Positions 41,301-53,832 are shown, counted from the stretch's first letter. The stretch: 64,000 nucleotides of DNA from Fistulifera solaris (GCA_030295235.1 AP026134.1:620001-684000), one strand, 5' to 3'. Translations and numbers: made by a program. The notes: generated by a model not told the origin, from the letters alone.

Positions 41301-44300
41301 TACCAGTGAAGAGGTCCTACCTTTGCTCCTTCAATGGGATTTATTCGGACGTCCGATGGTTGATCTATGGCTCAGCGCTGATTATCGAATCGGGAAATCA
41401 TGTCTTGTCCATGTTATTGTCCGACTCCTCTTAGAGGCGCATCGTTCAAGCTCGTCACTCATGATAATGTCAGGCCCTGGTCAATCTGGACGACGAACTA
41501 GATCCTATTCCTTTGGTAAAGGAGATGAATCGCCATATCCCCGAGACATGTTGAAGTCGATAATAGCGCTTCTTGCCATCGATGACGCCAGCGAGTCTGT
41601 TCGGTCCCTTGCTATTGCTGTAGTTACAGGAGTTGTTGCTCAATCTTCATGGCAAGAACACGTTTACAAAAGATTGCCCCGTGATGATAGAAATGAGCTT
41701 TCCTCGTCAATTCTAAAATGCGTTGGCAATAGTGCCTTCATGGTGCCAGATGAGTTCTTCACGAATTTTCCGTTTGACTGCACTGACGTTCTGCATCTAG
41801 TAAACGTATTTAAGGCAAGTATGACTTCTCTCATATTGCTTGCCGACTTCATTCGGGTTAATGCAACCGATCTCTTTGCCGGAACCAATGCCAACGAGCT
41901 TTGCAAGTCGTTTATAATGGTTCTTTCTGATCTTAACAAAGAGGACGTTTCAAATGGCAAAGAAGAGCTCGACAGGATGGATTACGCGTTGAATTCAGTG
42001 CTTCGTGCAATCAATGAAGCTTTAACTTCATCCAAATGCTCATTACGTTTCGATAAAAAGGATTTGCAGACTCTCGCCAAGTGTATCTCGACAGTACTTT
42101 GCACTAATGAAGCTATTGATAGCCCTTCTTCCAGGACAAGATTGGCAGCTCAGGAACTTCTAACGTCCATGTGCGGATTATATCCTGTAGAGAGTCTTCC
42201 TCTACTCATTTCTGTCATTCTCTCTGCTTTCGAGTCGTGCGAGCCAGCCAACAAGGCCAGGCAAAGGCAGAGCCTGTTATCTAGGTTGGTGCCAGTGTAC
42301 ATGCAGTGTGCAAGATCAGCTAAAATGACTATGCATCAGTTGCTGGGCAAAGTAGTTCTCGTCGTTAGGACGTTGAAAGAAAATGATCAGAAGCGCGTCT
42401 TCTATGAGTTATCGGATGCAATTGCGACGCACTGTCTACACACGTCTGATAAACAATTTGTGGATACGAATGCCACAATTGGGACATTGGTGACGGAGTT
42501 CATTACATACTTTGTACTTTTCAAGAATGATAGTGACGAACTACTTGATACAGATGTCGTCGAATCATGTTTAGGTATGATTTCAAGGGTACCCGTGATT
42601 GCACAAGCCAGTTCACTTCTCTTGTTGCTTCATTACGTCGAAGCACTTACTGCTGCCCTCCAGGGAGAGTCCATTGAATCGGACTTGATCCCAAGCGACG
42701 ATACAATTCTGCCCTCGGTGCTAGATATCTGCTCAGTTCCTCTTGGTCAAGAACACGATGAAAGACTTACATTTTTGAAAGTGGCTGTTGGCATTATGAG
42801 GACTGTAAATGAAGCTTTGAATTTTCAATCCATTCGGAAGCTGCTTCGAAGAAATAACACGGATTCCTCCTATTTGTCTCTGCAACTGTGGCAGAACGTA
42901 CTTTCCTTGGAAGCGAGATTACATGGCTTAGGATACAGAACAGGTTCTGATGGACTGCACAGCTTACTATCGACAATAGTTGATGATTGTCGTGATTTGA
43001 TGCAGGACATACTCCCAATTCCTCTTTTCCTTGCTTCAACAATGTCGGTAATAAGAGAGGCTACTTCAGACCAGCTCCGTGTTAATGCTTTGCGCTTAAT
43101 AGCTGAACGGTCATTGAATTTGGATCCATCTTCAGCTGAATTCTCTTTGTTTCTGGACATTATCCCCGAGGTTTCTTCTCTCATCAGTGTTGATAACGCA
43201 TCATCGTCTCCAACTCGAACAAGGGGCCTTTATTCTTGTGGAACACCTTGCACGTGCTCTTCCGGCGAACTATTTTGGTGACAAAGAGAAAGCATCGTGT
43301 CAAAAGCAATTTCTCGAGCTCATGGCTCGATCGGTTCAAGCGGTCCAGGAGCAATTGGGGATGATCACGAAGAATCAACAAGAGTTTTCTACAATAGATG
43401 CATGTTGTTATTCGGCACTTTGCGGAGCTTCCCTAGTTCGAATACTGGGCCCCAAATGTTTACCTCTGCTTCCAAAGTTTGTCAAAGCCTTGAACAGTAT
43501 CCTCGTGATATCAAATTCATTGTGCAACGAGCTCAAATCTAACATTGTCACAGAAATACGTTTATGTCAGTTGGCAACAATGCGGTCAATTTTGTGTATA
43601 GTTGACTCCGTTCCTCAATTTCTTTCGTCTTACCTCGGGTCACTGCTGAAACCAGATAGCTTACTGGCACCCTGCCTCTACAATATCATGTCTGACGATG
43701 CGGACTGTAAAACAGTGATATCAATTAGGGATCGTTTGGGAACAGCTTTATCCACAAGAGTCACTCCACGATCCTTTGTGCCAGCGGCTTCAAAAGCCAT
43801 GGAGGGGTGTTCTTTACGAGCGAAAGTCGCGCTTTTATCCATGTTGAAACAATCGGTTGAAGCTATGCTTCCTGCAGAGTGCAGTAGTCAGATTAAGCAT
43901 ATTTTTTCTGCCATCATGAACGCATTTGAGTCAAGTTTCTCCTGTGATGATCGGCTAGAGCTGATGCAGCCCGGATGTGACCTTTTCCTTGCAGTGATAA
44001 TGAAGATTTCTGAAGTACAGCTTCGTAAGCTATTCGTTTTGTTTAAAGAGTGGCGCGGAGACTTTAAAACGGAGGAGCCAGAGGCTGGAGCCGAGAAACG
44101 TCATGCTTACTGGTTTGTTTGCAGTCATTTGAGCAAGGCGCTTAGAGGCATTTTCTTACCCTGTTTGACCATCACTTTCAATGACGCTGTATTGGAGCTC
44201 CAAGTCGCTACCAAAATTATGTGCAAGGCAACGGACACCGAGAAGCGCGGAAGCAAACGAAGACGCGTTGAAGATCAAGGTGATTTGAAGTACGGAATTG

Positions 44301-44842
44301 AGTCATTTCGGTCTTTGCAGCCGCTTTGTCTCTGCCTCGAGTACGCTCTTACAGCAGATGCTCACCAGGGCGGAAACTGGATTCGAGGTGATGACAATCA
44401 AAAATACGAAGCGTTGCTTGCTCCACTAGGAAAACTTTTACAAGCTCGCTTTCCGATGGACTTTCCTTCTAAAGTTCCGGACGTCAGCGGATTCCAAGCC
44501 CTCGTCCTTGGTCCTGCACTTCAATCAGGATCTGTTATTGGTTGCTTGAAAGCTCTCGCATGTGCAGGAGGTAACGAGCAACTTTGGAAGCCTTTGAACC
44601 ATGCCGTTTTGGAAGCATGTGGAAACGAAACAAGAAATGAAGTTAAGAGGGCAGGTCTTACTTGCCTTTTGTCTCTCATTGAGTCTTTGGGAGACGAATA
44701 TCTGGTGTTGATACCAGAGTGTTTACCCGTTCTGTCAGAGCTGCTTGAAGATTCCGACGAAGATGTGGCTGCTCTTGCGAAGGACATCGTTACTCTTGCG
44801 GAAGAGATGCTCGGAGAAAGCTTAGAAAGTAGCCTACGATAA
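38364..44842 (+). CDS. UTP10: U3 snoRNP-associated protein 10 / HEATR1 (two frameshifts, ~39860 and ~43200)
   Basis: N-terminal MSLSTLQAQLAAL, VLEYLLRRYELH; C-terminal KISEVQLRKLF, WKPLNHAVL, LGDEYLVLIPECLPVLSELLEDSDEDV...LGESL. Confidence 0.9.
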
Positions 44843-45092
44843 TTTGCGGAAAGAACCAAGACATTTCGATATCAAGTTAATGCTCACTAGTAGGTCATAG
44901 TCTCATGCCTATCTGCACATACAAAGTACAACCTCGTCTGTGTCGATTAGACTAGCGAGCAATATCAAAGACAAAAAATGTTTAAGTAAAGCAGAAAAAG
45001 TCATCTACAACCATCCGAATAATTCCTCGCAAATAACTGGCAACGCTCAAGAAGTCTGTGACAAGAAAAAATTCATAGATCCATCTATCGCT

Positions 45093-46162
45093 TCACGGAG
45101 AGGTTAACTTCCAATGCAACATTTCAAATCGAAGCATACTCGATCCCTTACAGCGAGTTGTGTCATGAAGAGCTTTCGTCTCGTCGAATTTCCAATAAAA
45201 AAACTTCCTTCTTTTCTTCGTCGCCATCCACTTTAACATACTTCCAAGATAGGCAATCCAATGCCCATCCCCGACAACGGACAGCACTTAAAATACCATC
45301 CACCGTTGTAAAAGAGCGCTTTCCTTGCGTACATCTCTACGTTGGAAGCTCATGAGAAATGTTGCGTTCGGAGAAAAATGAAACAAGCTCGCCACGGTAT
45401 CCAAGAGCGCATCCAACATTGAAACGAGCCATACACAATCACTGGCGACGATCAGATCTAAATTGTGTCGTTGTATTTCGGATAGTTGTTCTTGTACGGG
45501 TTTTGTCCAATCCAAGGCTGTTGATCCGAGCCAGCCGCTCCCAATCGGCACTGTAGACGACGCAGCCAACCATTCTGGGCAAGGCGATGATGGAGCATTG
45601 TTTTTGTTGCGCTGTTGATTGGGATATATTGCATTCTCCACCAAGGTTGGTAGATCTGTCGCTAGAACTTCTCCACCCTGTGCAGCGAAAGACGCACCCA
45701 GCAGACCCACACCCGATCCCAGCTCTATGATTCGACACGGTGCAGTCTCTTGGAGACGTCGTTGCCAATGAACGAGACGAGGAGGATCCTGATCCAGAGG
45801 CCAAATGAGGCTTTCCAATACAAGTCGCGCTCCCGCCCATATTTGAAATCCCGTTCGCCCCGCCAACGTATATCCTTTATCAAAGAAAAAGGGTCGACCG
45901 CCGCGGTGGCTTCTTCTAGCTCTTCGTTGCTGACAACCGGCTCTTGATCGTTCAGGACTCCTACCGAACGTCCTCGACAGCTGAACTCGAGTCGATGATT
46001 CGGTGTGGTAGAGAAGAAGACAACCGAACCAACTTCACCAGCTTCTTCCAAAATTTCTCCACATTGAAACGCTTGCGGCGACGGACGATATTTTGTGTCA
46101 TCGAGGAGAAACGAATTCTTCGGCTCGGATGGTGACTCTAAGTTTCTCGAGGCATTCTCCAT
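45093..46162 (-). CDS. METTL21-like (Methyltransf_16) protein lysine methyltransferase, frameshifted
   Basis: TGFQIWAGA, IIELGSGVGLLG, VLATDLP, ALDW, LIVASDCVW. Confidence 0.8.
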
Positions 46163-46297
46163 TATGAAAAGGTTCAAACTACAACAGAGCAACAAAAACA
46201 AAGACTCTCAAAGCATCACAACGCCCGATACGACAATAAGCGTTCGTTACCATTATCTGATTTTTGCCGTTTTTTCGCATCGCTGTTGTGGTGCGGC

Positions 46298-46750
46298 ACC
46301 CGGATATTGAGCCATTACGTCTTTTTCCATTTGCTATTTGTGCATCTGTTTGCCACAAATGTCGATATCAACTCCCCCAAAATAGATAATTGGTAATAAA
46401 ACAACGATTAGAAACATTCATTCGAGCTTGAAACATAGAAAAGAAGATAGATGCAATGTTGGGAAGGTCTACGTGTATTTCATGTACAGTAGTGAAATTT
46501 TTCTCATCGACAGAGGCGAACCCGGATATTGTGCATTACGACCAACATCCATTTTTCGGGTCAGCCTTACCAGGCATGTTTGACTGAAATGTCATAACAC
46601 CTTACACCAGCATCAATACTTCGCACTCATAAACGATGTTTGCAATCTTTTGAAATCAAAACGTAGAAAAGAGAGAAGATACAACGTTTGGGTTGTCTAC
46701 GTGAAATTCACGTATAGCCCCTCTTGGGAATTTATCCGTGTGCATTAGGT
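46298..46750 (+). repeat. ~225-bp tandem duplication, diverged member of the dispersed element (locus 4)
   Basis: CCCGGATATTG-GC-ATTACG at 46299 and 46521. AAAC-TAGAAAAGA...GTCTACGTG-A-TTCA-GTA-AG at 46431 and 46659. TGACTGAAATG at 46581. Confidence 0.8.
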
Positions 46751-47154
46751 AGCTTAAGGTCGGGTTCAATAGCGACAAATTTCATCGTAACATTCCTAAA
46801 CATACCTTCCTAGAGACAATGAGCAATAATCGGCATTAATAGGAATCAAACATGAAAAGGACAACAGATAACAAATGCAATGTTTCGACAAATCTCTTAG
46901 AGGCACGTTTCATGTCGGTCCTGGGTACCCGGATATTTTTTGGTGCCTTTGAACCAATCCCGTTAACAAGTCAGTCACGAGGCCTCCACATCAGAATGCA
47001 AAAAAAAAAACGCCGACGACCGAAAATGAGTCACCATTTTGTTCTCTCACAAAACCAGCACCAGGAAGTAGACTACAAAGGAAGGTTGCTACCAGGTACT
47101 GCTACCAATTCAATCAGTCTAAAACACATACTTTCAGAAGCGACAACACGAACA

Positions 47155-47778
47155 ATGAGAATTCAGGCTCTTGTTTTATCGGGAGCATTGGCTCTTTCGT
47201 CTGTTTCGGCTTTCGTCCCGAGCCCATCCGCCCGAAAGCTTTTGCCATATCTTCCGGCCACCTCGAGCAACGACGTGATTAGCCCCAATGCCGCCATCAA
47301 GGTGGCAGCACAAGGAATGACTCTTCTGAAACCAATCTTCCAACTAGAAGCCGAACTCCAAGCTGCCGCTCTCGGTGCTTTGGCCAAGGTCGACAAGGAC
47401 GAAGTGGCCAAGGAAGTGGCAGATATTGTTAAAGCGAACAAGATTGTCATCTACACCTATGCGCTGAGTCCCTTTAGTACCGAGGCACTCTCTATTTTAG
47501 ATTCGACCGGCTACGACTACAAGAACATTGAACTAGGACTCGAATGGTTTACTTTGGGAGGGAAAGGGTCCGAAACCAGAGTCGCTTTATCGAAACAAGT
47601 CAACAATGGAGCCACCAGTCTGCCCAAAATATTCAGAGGAGGAAAATGCATTGGTGGATACGCCGAATTAGCAGCACTCGTCGAGAGTGGTGACTTAGAG
47701 GCTGTGCTAAAGAAAGCTGGAGCGAAAAAGAAGGACGAGAAGGCTGGAGTCTTTGCCGGATTGCCTTTTATGAAGTAA
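47155..47778 (+). CDS. Plastid-targeted glutaredoxin-like protein lacking active-site cysteines
   Basis: Signal MRIQALVLSGALALSSVSA-FVP; Grx features IVIYTYALSPFS, TSLPKIF.GGKCIGGY. Confidence 0.8.
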   Translation: MRIQALVLSGALALSSVSAFVPSPSARKLLPYLPATSSNDVISPNAAIKVAAQGMTLLKPIFQLEAELQAAALGALAKVDKDEVAKEVADIVKANKIVIYTYALSPFSTEALSILDSTGYDYKNIELGLEWFTLGGKGSETRVALSKQVNNGATSLPKIFRGGKCIGGYAELAALVESGDLEAVLKKAGAKKKDEKAGVFAGLPFMK

Positions 47779-47871
47779 AAGATCATGACTACTTTCAGGT
47801 CGGAGCGACCGCTTAAGTCCTAGTTACGACAATCTCTTGTGCAAAGCTGATTAATCAACTTCATTAACCCA

Positions 47872-49683
47872 TCAAGTAACACTTTTGCCGTCCAATGATT
47901 GAACGACACCATAAACTTCTACAAGTCCTACCTGAAACACGCTTTCGGTCTCGCCATGCAAAGGTTCGTTCCCGAATCCTTCTGCTGTACTGGATTCCGC
48001 TACAGTAAAGTCCTCGTTGAATCGCAATCCAGCTGATCCGTCCGTATTGCCTCCCATGCTGATGTAAGATTGTGTACTGACCATAAATTGTTCCAATAGA
48101 GCAGTAGCGTTATTGCGACTGTAGTCTGTGTCGTCCGAATGATCCAAATCAAGCAGTTTGGATGCATCCATGTCAGAAGAAACTCGAGGACTCCACTTCC
48201 AACACCGCGGATCGGGCTGTACTCGAAACAAAAAGCAACTTCCATCGCCGTATACTTTCGGACTCGGTCGCCATGGCTGGGATGCGTAAAAGCCAACTAT
48301 CGTAAGTTCTGACTTGGTCGAAGATAACACTTCGCACAACAGAATTGTGTGTTTCGCTCGCTGTACTCGATTGTAAAACATCCCCAGTGATCGCCCGTGG
48401 CAATTCGTAGAAAACAATAAGTTCAAATTTACCATGCGTAATGTCAATGGCATCCATGCCGCTAAATTGTGTCTCACGGCTCGCGGCACCGCCAGAACAG
48501 GCTCAGGAACAGCTTCGTCAGGATCTAGCAAGAGAGGCGGTATTTGCAAACCCAAAGGCTCTGAAGGACTGTCAAACAAAGATGCAGCCACTTCGCTCAC
48601 ATCCTCCTCTTCTCCCATAAAAGTTGATTGCAGCGCGCGTTCTTCTTCCATTCGAATAATGCGGCGCAAGATATGCCGTCGTGGGAATCGCATGGGTCGT
48701 CGCAACCCTGAGCGTCCATGAATCCCGTACGCTTTTCGAACTATCATGTCAAAGTTGAACCTTGGACTTTGTGCCCATTGACGCATAAATCGCCACCATT
48801 CCTCCGCATTACTGATTGTCATTAGCTGCTCCGCGGCATCTATCTTGAACAGAACCAACAAGGCCACCCCGAAGCGAAATAATACTTTCGATCCTTCGAG
48901 TGTGTAAACATCCATGATCCGACAACAAAACTGTAGCGGCAAAATCGTTGTGAAGAAGTGTCGAAAAATGGGACTCAAATCATCAAAGACGCCTCGATCG
49001 TCCAAGTACTCGGCTGTTTGCGGATGCAACTTTTCCATGACGTCGGCAAAAGCATTGCCCCAGGCAATTTCTTCTATTTTCGACACGGGAAAATACGCGT
49101 TGGGAGCGTGTGCCATTTCGCGAAGGGTGCAGAATGCATACGATTCGGATTGAGCAGTCAACAAAACAATCACCAAAGACGGTACAGAAGGCGCCAGATC
49201 TATCAGACCTAACAATCGCTGCAGTGACATACAAACGCGTTTGTGTGCTAATTTTCCAGAAATTGTTGTACCCTCTGGAAAAGTCATCGTTTTTAGGGGT
49301 TGAAAAGAGATTTCCTGCCACAGCCGTTGTATTCTTTCCTCCCTTTCTCTCCTCGTTTCATCTTTAATCGTTTCTACAAAAGAATTTGATCCAGAATTCG
49401 GTCATACGCTTGTCCCAATGCTTCCGCCTTTTGTAAGGTTCGGTATTCGTGCCAATAATCCTCAGTCTCGCGAGGATGAACCGCTTGAAATACATTCGAC
49501 AGCCAGACCGCACATCGTAAGGCCGGAGGGATGCCTTGCCGGATCACCTAATCGCACAGAGCCAAAATAAGCATCCTCTCCGTAAGAATGAAACAGCAAA
49601 TCAAGAGGACTTACCCCTTTCAAAGAAGCGTCGTCTCGGGCGTACCCCGAGGTCCTCGTAACAGAGGAGGACGATCGTTCCAT
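47872..49683 (-). CDS. Rab-GAP TBC + TLDc domain protein (TBC1D24-like architecture)
   Basis: Intron 49614-49548 gives LKG|VIRQGIPPALRCAVWL. TBC motif RIMDVYTLEGSKVLFRFG; TLDc motifs LLFSTNCHGRSL, YGDGSCFLF, ISMGG, FGNEPL. Frameshift at ~49378; the start may lie upstream (49781). Confidence 0.85.
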
Positions 49684-49924
49684 GTCGGAGGAATTCGTGT
49701 CGGTAGTTCTTTCTCGGTTAACGTGTCGACACTGCCGATCACCAGATTGCGGAGACTGGGAGCATTGTCATCAAAATCCATAATTGTCGTAGAGACTTTT
49801 ATGCGGAGATCGAAGTTTTAAATAGAGTAAATGTTGTTATCATAGACTTCGCATCGTATATCTTTAATCATCGAAAAATCGCGTATCGCATTGTCGCATA
49901 TTGGAAAAGAGTATAGTCCCTATT

Positions 49925-50405
49925 CAGGACTGAAATGCGGTCGTGGTTAAGTTGATACTACAGTTGGACTGTATAGTGACTAGGATAAGCAACGAATAGC
50001 AAATACTTTTCGAAGTCAAACGAGACGTGTATCGCAAATGCTGCCGATGGTAATTAATTCTTAAAAACAACAGAGGATGGTCGTTCAGTAAGAAGAACTA
50101 ATGGAGGTTACATAACAGGCTGACTCCAAAAATTTCCTACTCGTGACTGAAATGGAATCGTGGCGAAAAACGGAAAAACACTTGGGCTCTTGTAAATATA
50201 ATAAACACTCTAGTAGCGATCTACAAGCAAGAAAAATTTAGTTCATCATTGCATACCTGATGCCTATTGATAAAAGAGACCGCCCGATCTCATCGTTAAA
50301 AATGGGGCGCCAAATCACGATGTCGGTGTATCTTCTTCGCAAAGAGACGGCCCGTTTATAATTTTAAGTGAGCATCTGCGATTACTGAAATTCTGATCGT
50401 CAACG
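49925..50405 (+). repeat. Dispersed ~220-bp tandem-unit element, locus 5
   Basis: CTGAAATGCGGTCGTGGTTAA (49930), CTGAAATGGAATCGTGG...ACACTTGGGCT (50147), CTGAAATT (50385). Internal CTTTTCGA...GCAAATGCTGC is shared with locus 2. Confidence 0.8.
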
Positions 50406-50660
50406 ACATCAATTAATAGTCTAGACTAAGTTGATAAAAAATTATATAATCTTTACTTGTAGAACTAATTCATGTATTAACAATAGCTGCATCAACGATA
50501 GGTGTCAATGTAACGTTTTCTGAACCGATAGCAACACAGTGGGAGGAGAATCAGTTACTATCGCCTTCAATAGTTCCGCGTTGGCTGCTGTTGCGAGTGT
50601 GCAAGCAATGTGGATCAATAATTATAAATCGCTTATCCAATGAAGCATCATACACAAGTT

Positions 50661-51326
50661 CTAACCAATTCGCAAAATAATATGAAATCCACTGTTGGTT
50701 TCAACAATGTTACTCATCTCCCCAATTTGCAGAGCAAAGCTCGCCTTTTCAAATTCCGGCGTCATTTTCTTCGGCCCGAAAAATCCCAAATCCCCTCCAC
50801 GTTTCGCGGAGCTGCAGTCACTCTCGGTCTTGGCAATCTCTTCGAACGTTGCTCTCAATTCGTCGGCGTCCGAGGCAGTCTCCAGCAAAATTTCCTGAAA
50901 TCCCTTTATCTCTTCCAGCGCCTCTTCCTTGGTGATTGTAATGGTTGGCATCCTCCAAGAGCTCGGCCGACGACTGTCTTTGTGTTTACGAAGAATATGC
51001 AGTGTACGCACTTTTTGGGGCAGTTTCGTCTTCTTGGACGAGGGTACCTCGGGGGCAGCGTCTTCGCTCGCGGCTCGTTTTCGCGGCTGTTCCTCCGGTG
51101 TCGGCAGCGCGGTTGTGGTGGCGGTTTGCGGCGCTTGCCATGTTGATTCCCCAGTTTCTTGATGATAATAATAATAGCAGTCCGGTTGTGACCTAGATTC
51201 TTTCAAAACCCATCCGGCGGGGAGCGGACGAGGTATGGGAGGAATAGCCCCCGGCGCGGTGATCTGAAGTGCAGCGTTTGCAACCGCTTCGACGGAGTGA
51301 TCTGGAACAGTAGGGGCTTCTACCAT
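50661..51326 (-). CDS. PIN1: Pin1/Ess1 parvulin peptidyl-prolyl isomerase (WW + PPIase)
   Basis: WW domain LPAGWVLKESRS...YYYHQETGESTWQAP; HILRKHKDSRRPSSWR; SDCSSAKRGGDLGFFG; SGFHIILR. Confidence 0.95.
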   Translation of the reverse strand: MVEAPTVPDHSVEAVANAALQITAPGAIPPIPRPLPAGWVLKESRSQPDCYYYYHQETGESTWQAPQTATTTALPTPEEQPRKRAASEDAAPEVPSSKKTKLPQKVRTLHILRKHKDSRRPSSWRMPTITITKEEALEEIKGFQEILLETASDADELRATFEEIAKTESDCSSAKRGGDLGFFGPKKMTPEFEKASFALQIGEMSNIVETNSGFHIILRIG

Positions 51327-51617
51327 TGGATGTGTTGTGTGATTGTATCGAAAAGATCACTGGGGAGAGACTGTTCGAATGGGTAAATTGACAGAATAAT
51401 AGATCACAAGCAACGCTCGTTGTTGGTGTGATCGCCTTTCGAGTGTTCATTGTTCATTAATCATCATCCTTGTTCCTAGAAGGTTTGACGGAACACGTAC
51501 GGACGCCGTTCGATAAATACTAGGGAGTACTACGTAGTAGTTAATTAAGGTTGTAAGGTTTGTACCCAGTACGGTACCGGTACCTACTGTCCCTATGATT
51601 TCTGAAACGTACAAGTA

Positions 51618-51860
51618 CACAGCATATCTGTATGATGAAACGCACCGTTTAAAGAACTTCTGGAACTTGAACAGAAACACTGTCCCCAGAATTTATGGAA
51701 CGTACACAGATTTTCGGTATTATCAAAAACACCATACCCAGCATTTCTGTTTAGCCCACAGAATTTCTGCATGATGAAATACGCCGTTATCAGCATTTCT
51801 GTAAGTTACACAGAATTATTGTTTGATGAATAAACCGTCTCCAGAAGTTCTCAATCACCG
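51618..51860 (+). repeat. Degenerate 52-bp minisatellite (~4.5 units)
   Basis: CACAG-headed units at 51618, 51705, 51757 and 51809 (52-bp steps for the last three). Consensus ~CACAGAATTTCTGTATGATGAAAAACACCGT--CCAGCATTTCTG. Confidence 0.75.
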
Positions 51861-52230
51861 AATACACCATGTCCCCCGAATACGGGAATGTACTTGTACC
51901 TGGAAGCGAGGCTCGGACTCCGACAGTTAACGCTACTCCGTATTAAACAACCTTTACGATGATCAAGCGGAAACAAGAGACAACTAATCTCAAAGGTTCG
52001 ATAAATTTGACTTCAAACCATCAACTAAAGCTATTGAGAGATATCATTCAGCGGGCAAGGCTTCTAGATTCTATAGGCCTTTAACCTAATTGCATCTAAT
52101 CAATATATTTAACAGAGCGATCGTTCATTTGCTACAGATAATCAGGAAAATATAAATTGTCAAGCATCCTGCGACATGAAACTGAAACAGGGATCACTAA
52201 ACAGTACGCAGCAAACACTTATGTTCATTA

Positions 52231-53060
52231 TTACGACCCCGACAAAAGCCGATCCGCTGCTCGTTCGATGCTATTATTGGACACTTGCAATGCTTGAATT
52301 ACTTGCGCACGAGGAAAGCCCATTCCCACAAGCTGTTCGACCGCAGCTTCTGGAGGTTCCGGCGGTGGCCGTTGCGGAACCATTTGTGGCCGTGGTCCTC
52401 CAGTTCTCAGCGCTGCCATTCCAACCATGGGGACGACGGGAGGTGGAGCCTCTAGGAAGCGAGAACTGTAAGGAGAAACAAAGGTCGCCACGGCATCTGG
52501 GAAATCGATTCTGTTCTCAAGAAAATGACGGTATATCATCCAAGCGAACATTCCCAAAACGGCTGCGACTATGCTATTTCTACCTTCGCTACCGGCAATC
52601 CATGCAAACCAAAGATATCCAATCGCCTTTTCAGAGAAAGTAAATCCCAAAATTTGTACAAAGCGAGGGTGAATGCGGGGTAAATACATATGAAACCAGA
52701 CAAAGTACGCCCCAAGAAGAGGGTACGGTCCCATGTAGGGATATTTCCCCATTGCCAAAATCTGCATAAAATGCTCCATTGTTATCACCAAAAGCTGTAC
52801 AGACAAAAGAACGGTTACGAACTTGCGCGAACCAGTCTGTCGTTCTAAACCTCTCGACCAATACAGAAATAACGCAGTGCCTAAAAACGATTCGCCCGAC
52901 CCGGGACGGAAAATCCATTTATTGGTATACAGAGTCAAGGGTCGTTGAGCAGATGTTTGTCGATACATAATGAGAGCAGCCACGGAGCTTATAGCCATAA
53001 GTTTCGACGCGGGTGCCCTTCAAACCACCCCGGCGATGACGGCGTGGCAGCTCGTTGCAT
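52231..53060 (-). CDS. Rhomboid-like + UBA domain protein (UBAC2/Dsc2-like)
   Basis: RGLERQTGSRKF, GPYPLLGA, ILGFTFSEKA; C-terminal UBA EAAVEQLVGMGFPRAQVIQALQVSNNSIERAADRLL. Frameshift at ~53017. Confidence 0.8.
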
Positions 53061-53494
53061 GGTCGATGTCTTTGTTGACAAAATCGTTCGGGAAGGCGCG
53101 GTGATTACAGAACTGTTTCCAGCAAGCTCGAAGTAAGAAGTGTCTGATGATTCTATGAAAGGTAAAATCACAAAGATTATAGGATGCTGTAAAGACTCTT
53201 GCATCAAAATGAAAGTGAAATGGTGACGCTTCATCATTGTATGATTGGCTCAAATACGGTTGAGGTTCGCTGGTCACAGAGTGTGTGAAAGTGATGATGT
53301 CGCTACGACGTCATGAATGTTATGTATAAAAAATCCTCTCAGCATCGTCAAAACATCCCGCCGTTTTCGCGTCGCCCCGCAAGGTTTGTCGAGACAATAA
53401 TGAATGCACCGTTATTGTGACTATTGCTTGTTGATTGACGAACTACGCACCATATCACCTTGTAAGAGAAAAGAACCATTTCTTTATTCTTTTC

Positions 53495-53832
53495 ATGTCT
53501 GCCATTTTCAATTTCAGCAGTCTCTTGACTGTTCTTTTGTTGCTCATCTGCACGTGTGCTTATCTGCGCGAGCTTCGGCCGGGAATTTTTGACCCTCCTC
53601 GAAAGGAAGGGGAGGTAAGTTGACAAGACTCATGCTAATATGATATGATGAAAACGTAATTTCATGCCACCGAGACTCTAACGATATCTCTGACGAACGG
53701 CCGTAGACCAAGTTAAAAAGGGAAGGCCTAACAGGGTTCCTGTGGAAAATGAGTCGCATCGGAGAGCGTCTCAGCCCGTACATCGGCGTGGGGTGTTTCA
53801 TAATGGCAATCCATGTTTTATTCATTCAATGA
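53495..53832 (+). CDS. TMEM167: Protein kish (TMEM167), 2 exons
   Basis: [25 protein letters not shown]; intron 53615-53706; [17 protein letters not shown]. Confidence 0.93.

Noticed and set aside
20117..44842. Programmed ribosomal frameshifting or pseudogenes in VWA8, PDH, TMEM43 and UTP10
   Set aside because: Indels go in both directions, fall mostly in simple homopolymers, and lack a common slippery or stimulatory structure. Sequencing error is more parsimonious.
53615..53706. ATGATGA and CTGA in the kish intron as a possible snoRNA
   Set aside because: The boxes are only ~45 nt apart, no rRNA-complementary guide is recognisable, and CTGAC fits a branch point.
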